Shown here in pieces: positions 57,976-64,000 of a stretch of 64,000 nt of DNA. Where the stretch lies: positions 166,482,361 through 166,546,360 of the forward strand of contig NC_068981.1 of assembly GCF_001194135.2 (NCBI RefSeq), read 5' to 3'. The translations under genes and the position numbers were made by a program. Origin of the DNA: Octopus bimaculoides. Its lineage: Eukaryota. Below the pieces are notes generated by a model, which was given only the letters and a program-made list of their open reading frames with translations, did no database searches and had not been told where the DNA came from. Numbering within the stretch: position 1 is the stretch's first letter; each line of letters starts with the position of its first letter.

Positions 57976-59048
57976 GAACAATTGCTTGAAATATAAAACA
58001 AGGGACATTACTTTTGAATACCTATATATTTTTTTTAAATAGACAATTTTTGTTGTTACTGACCTAATTTCAATTATTACAGCTGGGTACGGTCTGATCA
58101 AACACATCTTTCCGTTTTCACTCCTCTAAAAAATATTGGTCATATATTGAACATGAAGAAAAAATTCACTTATAAATTAAAATTGTAAACTAGATTAAGG
58201 GGAGGTAATACTTGACAATTAAAAAATTCAAAATATTGGCATTGCGTCCCTTTAGTTGTAAACTGTCATCTCATTTTATCGTGTTAAACGTCGTTCGGAT
58301 CTAAATAGATTCAGTGAGAGAGAAAAAAAAGTCGTAGCGAACACAATAAATTCTTAAGACAATAACTCTCTACGTAATGATCTTTTTCTTTAGAGCGTAA
58401 AATCTCGCCAACAAAAGAGCCTTTTAGTAAAATCTCCTTTATATCTTCAACGTAGTCTTAGAAGCATTTGTTCGTTTAAGAGCAACACATTTTCAGTTTT
58501 GAACATCAGACGTTTTTTAAGTTAAATTCTTTTTAAATGTTAAAAAAAAAAATTTATCTCACACCGATATTTTATAATTGGGTCTACAGGAGAAAGAACA
58601 CGAATATTTTCTTATATAACTATTGATTCTCAAAATTATAAGACTAATGTGTAATTAATAACAAATTTTCCCTTTCTGAAAAAATCAAATTGCTGTTATA
58701 TCAATTTATTTAGGCTGAAGATATAATTAAAATACTAACAAAATATATTCAACAGGAAAATTTAATATTTCCTTACTAGTTTCACCTGGAGAGTTGCGGC
58801 CATGCTGGGGTACATTTTATTTTACTTATTTATTTATCATTTGTGGTGGTTAGGTATTCCTTAATTATGTGCTCTGATCATTGCTGGTGGTCAAAATAAC
58901 AGGTAGGTTATGTATTTTAGTGTAGACACAGAAAACATCTGCTGAACATTATAAAATGGTGAATTCTAATTGCACTTTATAAATTAAGTACCATATGTTT
59001 AAAATAGAACCTACTCTGTATATAACTGGGGTCTTCATGGTTTTCATC

Positions 59049-59432
59049 ACTCTTTTACTCTTTTACTTGTTTCAGTCATTTAACTGCGGTCATGCTGGAG
59101 CACTGCCTTTAGTCGAGCAAATCGACCCCAGGACTGATTCTTTGTAAGCTTAATATTTATTCTATCGGTCTCTTTTGCCGAACCGCTAAGTTACGGGGAC
59201 GTAAATACACCAGCATCGGTTGTCAAACGATGGTGGGGGGACAAACACAAACACACATACATATATACGACGGGCTTCTTTCAGTTTCTGTCTACCAAAT
59301 CCACTCACAAGGCTTTGGTTGGCCCGGAGGCTATAGTAGAAGATACTTTCCCAAGGTGCCATGCAGTGGGACTGAACCAGGAACCATGTGGTTGGTAAGC
59401 AAGCTACTTATCACACAGCCACTCCTGCACCT
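59049..59432 (-). mobile_element. SINE family A, full length, CpG-retaining
   Basis: Reverse complement of the 465-856 element including the actcttttactctttt tail. Confidence 0.85.
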
Positions 59433-59525
59433 AGTACCAATTGTTTCAAATTTGGTATATGGATTAAGTTTTGTACGCTAATTATGAAAATGAAATTCAT
59501 TTATCCTATAAATCCATTTTGAAAA

Positions 59526-60554
59526 TGTTATTAGCCTTTAAAATTTGTGAAATCTGGGTATTTTAGCCTGTAAAGACCATGCAATCATGAGAGGTGATGA
59601 GGAATGGCTTCTTTAGCACATCGCATGGTCGATACAAATAAATATATGAAAAGCGGATAAATGAGTATAAGTGCCAAAAGGAAAAGAGAGACACAACCAG
59701 TAGAAGGTCTAAGAGAAGATTTTATTGATATGTCAACATGTGTGTCTGTGTATGTGAATGCGACATATAAACATAATAATAGACAGGCCGTCATGTAAGC
59801 AAAGTGTATGTGTATACAAACATGAATGTATGCATGTGCAATAAGTACAGAGCATAGAGAGTCTATAAGGACATTGAGAGAAAGTCCGGACACAAGAATG
59901 GTACCAGTTCGTAGTCAAAGTACACGGTAGTTGAGGTGCTGTAACAAGGAGTTGAAGCCGCGTAGCTGAGCCGGGGAAAGGCACATGTCATGTAAGAAGT
60001 TGTGGCTTCAATGCTGCTACCGGTTACTTAGTACAGGAGTTCTCGCAGGTTGTATTCGCTGTTAACCATGGTGAAGTAATTCACAAACAGTGTTGAGATA
60101 GAACCTGTGTGAATGCTGTTGGTTGCTGTGTATGTAGAGAAGTTGATGTTGACCCTAAGAAGCTGGAGGCGACGAAGATGGAGTTCCATAAGCTGCTGAA
60201 CGAAGTGTTGGGTCTCCATGAGGCTATTGTCATGTCGTCGCTGGAACTGGCTGTGTGCTCTGTGGTCAGCGGCTAGACCTCAGAAGGTCTCAAGCCGAGA
60301 AGACTGACAAACTGTGACGGTGAGAGGCTAGCTATTTATACCATACTGTCGGCTCAAACTGGGGGTCAGAAAAGACTGTCTCATGTGACCTTATCTGAAG
60401 GCTGTGATTGGTTGGGTTGCATCTTAGCGTGCAATAGAACAGGAGACAAAATGCGCCAATACCAACCAATCAGAGTGGTGGACATAACAAGGTCTCTAAG
60501 TGCAGTCAAAGGCTAGCTGTTATCCACTTTGTCCGTATTCATGTATATATAACA
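59526..60554 (-). mobile_element. Probable solo LTR of about 1 kb with promoter motifs
   Basis: TGTTAT...ATAACA inverted termini; on the minus strand CCAAT boxes (60406-60411, 60466-60471), TATAAATA (60333-60340), AATAAA (59721-59726); TSD not recovered. Confidence 0.55.
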
Positions 60555-60609
60555 GAGAGAGAGAGAGAGAGAGAAGTATCCCTTAAGGTGTACGCTACAA
60601 GCCAATCAG

Positions 60610-60890
60610 AAGTGAGTATTTGACACATCACCATGGTGAAAAACTCTGTTTCCATAGTAACCAAAGATGCTGTGCATGCACACAAGAAATGTTACCACCA
60701 AATTGAGTGTAATCAACAAATTGAGAGTACATGGGCATTTTTAAAGCATGGAAACAAACACTGGTGTGGGACACACCATTCCACGATTGACTCTTATCTT
60801 TGTGAATTTATGCAGAGAAGGAGATATGAGAAAGATCATTTATTTCATAAAATCCTAGAGTATAATACAAACTTTCATTCTTGAGTTTTT
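60610..60890 (+). mobile_element. Merlin/ISXO2-like (IS1595-related) transposase C-terminal remnant
   Basis: VTKDAVH...IESTWAFLK....CGTHHSTIDSYLCEFMQRRRY resembles the GVHTxxIEsxW..K..G..YLxEFxWRR pattern of the ISXO2-like domain. Confidence 0.65.
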
Positions 60891-61339
60891 TAACTAATAA
60901 ATGTCTGTTTTAAGCAATGTTTTGACTGTTACTTCTAGCAACTCCTACTGGTTTGCTTGTAGCTTTTAAATATTTAATTTGCTCACGAATGTTTCAATGT
61001 TTTCCACTGTTTACTTTGCTCGTGTATATTTTAATGTTTTGACTGTTATTTCTAGCAACTCACACACATTTCTCACCTACCACATCTCTATTCTCTCTGA
61101 TACACTGCTTTGTAATCCTGAACACCTCTCAACTCTGATCCTCATGCTGCATAACACTGACAAGCTTCTTACCTTCTGCTATGTAAACCTGAATCTGGCC
61201 TCCCTTCTGGCTCTCTGATATAATGCTTTGCTTCCACCATTTTACCAGTCTTTCCAGGCCTGTCTCTTTGCTTTTATAGCACTATCCATCTCCTTGTTCC
61301 ACCACTAAATCACCCTTGGCCTGGCTGGGACTTTGCACC

Positions 61340-62140
61340 AACCACAGATTTGGTCTACAGCACCCGCAGGAACTTCCAGTTGTCCTCTAAGCTTCCTCCT
61401 CCTCTCTATCATCAGAGGCTTCCAGTAGAATGTCTCCAATTTTTGTCAGTTTGTTAGGTCTTTAAGCTTCCATAATCTCCTTTTCCAGCATGGTTTATGT
61501 CTTTGAGTCTTTCTAGCCCTAATTCTGAAGTCACTAACTAGTAGCCTATGTTGCGGTGTACACTCTTCACCTGAGAAAGACTTCGCATTTGTGAACATCT
61601 GCCTGTCTTCTTGCCTGGTGAAGAGGTAATCAAGCTGGCTTATATTCTTTTCTACTCTAGGCACAAGGCTCACAGTTTTGGGGGAGGGAGACTGTCGATT
61701 AGATCAACCCTAGTACACAACTGGTACTTAATTTATCGACCCCGAAAGGATGAAAGGCTAAGTCGACCTAGGTGGAATTTGAACTCAGAACATAAAGACA
61801 GAAGAAATACCACTAAGCATTTCGTCTGGCATGCTAATGTTTCTGCCAGCTCACCGCCTTTCAGCCTGGCTTATATTCCTGATAAGTAATTAGGTGGCTG
61901 ACTGGCTTTCTGAAGTTAGTGTTGCAAATCGTAAAATCATTTGCATCACAGAACTCAAGTAGCCTTGTACCTTCCTCCTTCCTGGTGCCAAAGCCACAAC
62001 GACCATGCACACCATGGGATCCATGGGAATGCTGCCCAACATGTCCAATAAAGTCACTGACCACAATAACAAAGTCTCTGTCATTTGTCATTGAGGTAGT
62101 CTGCAAGAGGAGGAGGAGGCAACAACGTGACACTTAATGA
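61340..62140 (-). mobile_element. RTE LINE endonuclease-region remnant, split by a SINE
   Basis: GHVGQH...HGRCGFGTRKEEGTRLLEFCDANDFTICNTNFRKPVSHLITYQ; SQLDYLFTR...GEECTPQHRLLVSDF. Confidence 0.9.
61648..61865 (-). mobile_element. SINE family B copy with 13-bp TSD
   Basis: TSD CTGGCTTATATTC at 61635-61647 and 61866-61878; core atcgaccccgaaaggatgaaaggc. Confidence 0.9.
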
Positions 62141-63265
62141 CGTACAATTCACTTGATATGGCACATAATCAATATAGTGATATTTTTGTTATTTACCTCG
62201 TCTGAATTTTTGGATGTGAATTAATTGAAAACCTTTTCTGCTAAGACTAAATGAATTTAGTTATATTGCAGTGAGAGTGGCGTTCAGCTTGGATTTTAAT
62301 TTTTAGTTTCTTTCTATAATTACATAAATTATGTTAGAAACTAATTATCGAGTTACTTCCCTTCTTCAAAATATATATTGATCTGCAGTTTTATTGTCGT
62401 CGTCAGCATCTTTGTTTTAACATCCATTTTTCCATGCTTGCATGAGTCAGATGGAATTTGTTGAGCTTCAAAATCATTCAAACAGAGTATAAACTGTACA
62501 ACAGCCAGTTACGTTATGTGACTGACTGTTTAGCGTCTTCGTCCCATAATAACAAAGATTTGTCCATATTTAGCAAGCCTTCATTGTAGAACAGTCTGCT
62601 CCAGCTAACAAAAACTACGTGTACTCTTTTGGGACAACAATTATTGATTTTCATTGATTTTTTTCCTCCTTGTCGTTACTTAATTTTATGCAAATATAAT
62701 GTAATATCTTGTATTTATATTTGAAGTGATATGATACGAAAATGGCATAGAGAGAACTAAGAAGTGACTGTTGATGCATAGGAATTATAGAAACATAACA
62801 AAAATAAACTCTAAATTTTTAATGGTTAGTGGTAAGCTTTTGAATTAACTCCAAATGCCTGCCACGAACCATATGAAGGTTGTAGAGTATCAAATTCTTT
62901 ACTGGATGTCAATACTATTCACCTGTAGTAAGAGAGAATAGCTTTAGGTTGATGGCTAGAAACAGGTAATCCATCTCTCTATAAATGTGACACTGACCAA
63001 AATCCATCCTGCTTTTTTTTTGATTGATTCTTATTTTACTTAGGCAGTTGATTTGTTTTGGTTCTGATGAAGATATGATTGTGAAGGTCGTTGCCTATAT
63101 TTTCAGTCAATCAATCAATTAATTGATAAAACTGAGCCATAAACACACCCAAATGCATATCTGAAACAGCTGTAAGCCTATAATAAATAAATAGATGTAT
63201 ATAACTCATTATTTCCATCTATTTTATATATGTATGTATGTATGCATGTATGTCATCATCCTAAT

Positions 63266-64000
63266 TTACTTCCTGTCTCCCATGTAGGCATGGGTAAGAC
63301 CTATAATGGAATTGAAGGCTTGTGATACCTGTGGAGTATCTCCTTCTCTCATTACAATTATTTCTGTAGTCTTAAGGATCTGGAACACAAAGAAGAAGCT
63401 TACAAGCAAAGTGCAATTCAATAGTCGCTTATGGATGAAGCATGTACACAAATACAAAATCTTCCATTTTCTGCAAAAGATTTTGAGCTTGTTGTCTAGT
63501 ATCGCCCTTTCGAGTGTCATCATCAGGGATGTGACTGAGTGCTTCAAAAATGTGAGCATAACTTTCACTGATGGCTGTCATAACTCTGGCATGAGCCTCC
63601 TATTTTGTGCCAGATAACTGTTGCAGGGCTTTCGACTCTGGTGGCAAGAAGTTTTTCAGCACTGCTCACGGTCTTCTAGAGGCTGAGAAAAAGCAATAAA
63701 GTTCATTGACAATGCCAAAGAAATTCACTGCATCCAACCGAGAGTCAACTGCAGTTCTTCCAACCAGATTTAGGAAATGTCCAGCATAGGGAATAAATTT
63801 TTCAAACTTATTCTTTTCCAGAATTTTCAGTTGAACATCATTATACCTTCCAGCTGCATTGTCATATGATTGACCCCTGCAATTACTGAAAATAATTTCA
63901 AGTTCTTCAAAGAAGTTCAGCATCAATTCATCCATTCCTTCACCTGTGTGATTCTTCAGTTCAATAAATGTCAAAAGTTGTTCAACCGATATTTCATCAA
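63266..64000 (-). mobile_element. hAT transposase remnant (ZMYM1-like/TTF-finger type), runs off the window end
   Basis: CRGQSYDNAA..YNDVQLKILEKN..FIPYAGHFLNLVG...NFFGIVNELYCFFSAS; frameshifted continuation. Confidence 0.85.

Overview
AT-rich eukaryotic genomic DNA with assembly gaps. The repeat landscape looks cephalopod/octopus-like, but that is an inference from recalled repeat families. One host gene dominates: a + strand choline transporter-like (SLC44A/CTL2-4-5 clade) gene. I reconstructed 22 coding exons by hand from 5276 to the TGA at 50609-50611; all are phase-compatible and give 1949 nt (about 649 aa). The start-codon exon was not found. Intron 27427-29033 has clear minor-spliceosome (U12-type) signals. 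Introns and flanks hold many mobile elements: a structurally complete 3.7-kb hAT transposon (TIRs, 8-bp TSD, its own intron), a mariner remnant, a second hAT remnant, a Merlin/ISXO2-like remnant, RTE LINE fragments, Penelope-like fragments, solo LTRs, piggyBac-type and hAT-type MITEs, and several SINE families. Several degenerate hammerhead-ribozyme-like motifs and a ~730-bp inverted repeat downstream of the stop codon are worth checking. I found no prokaryote-type system (CRISPR, defence island) and nothing I can honestly call a new biological system. The best leads are the U12 intron with a decoy acceptor, the ribozyme-like motifs and the downstream hairpin.
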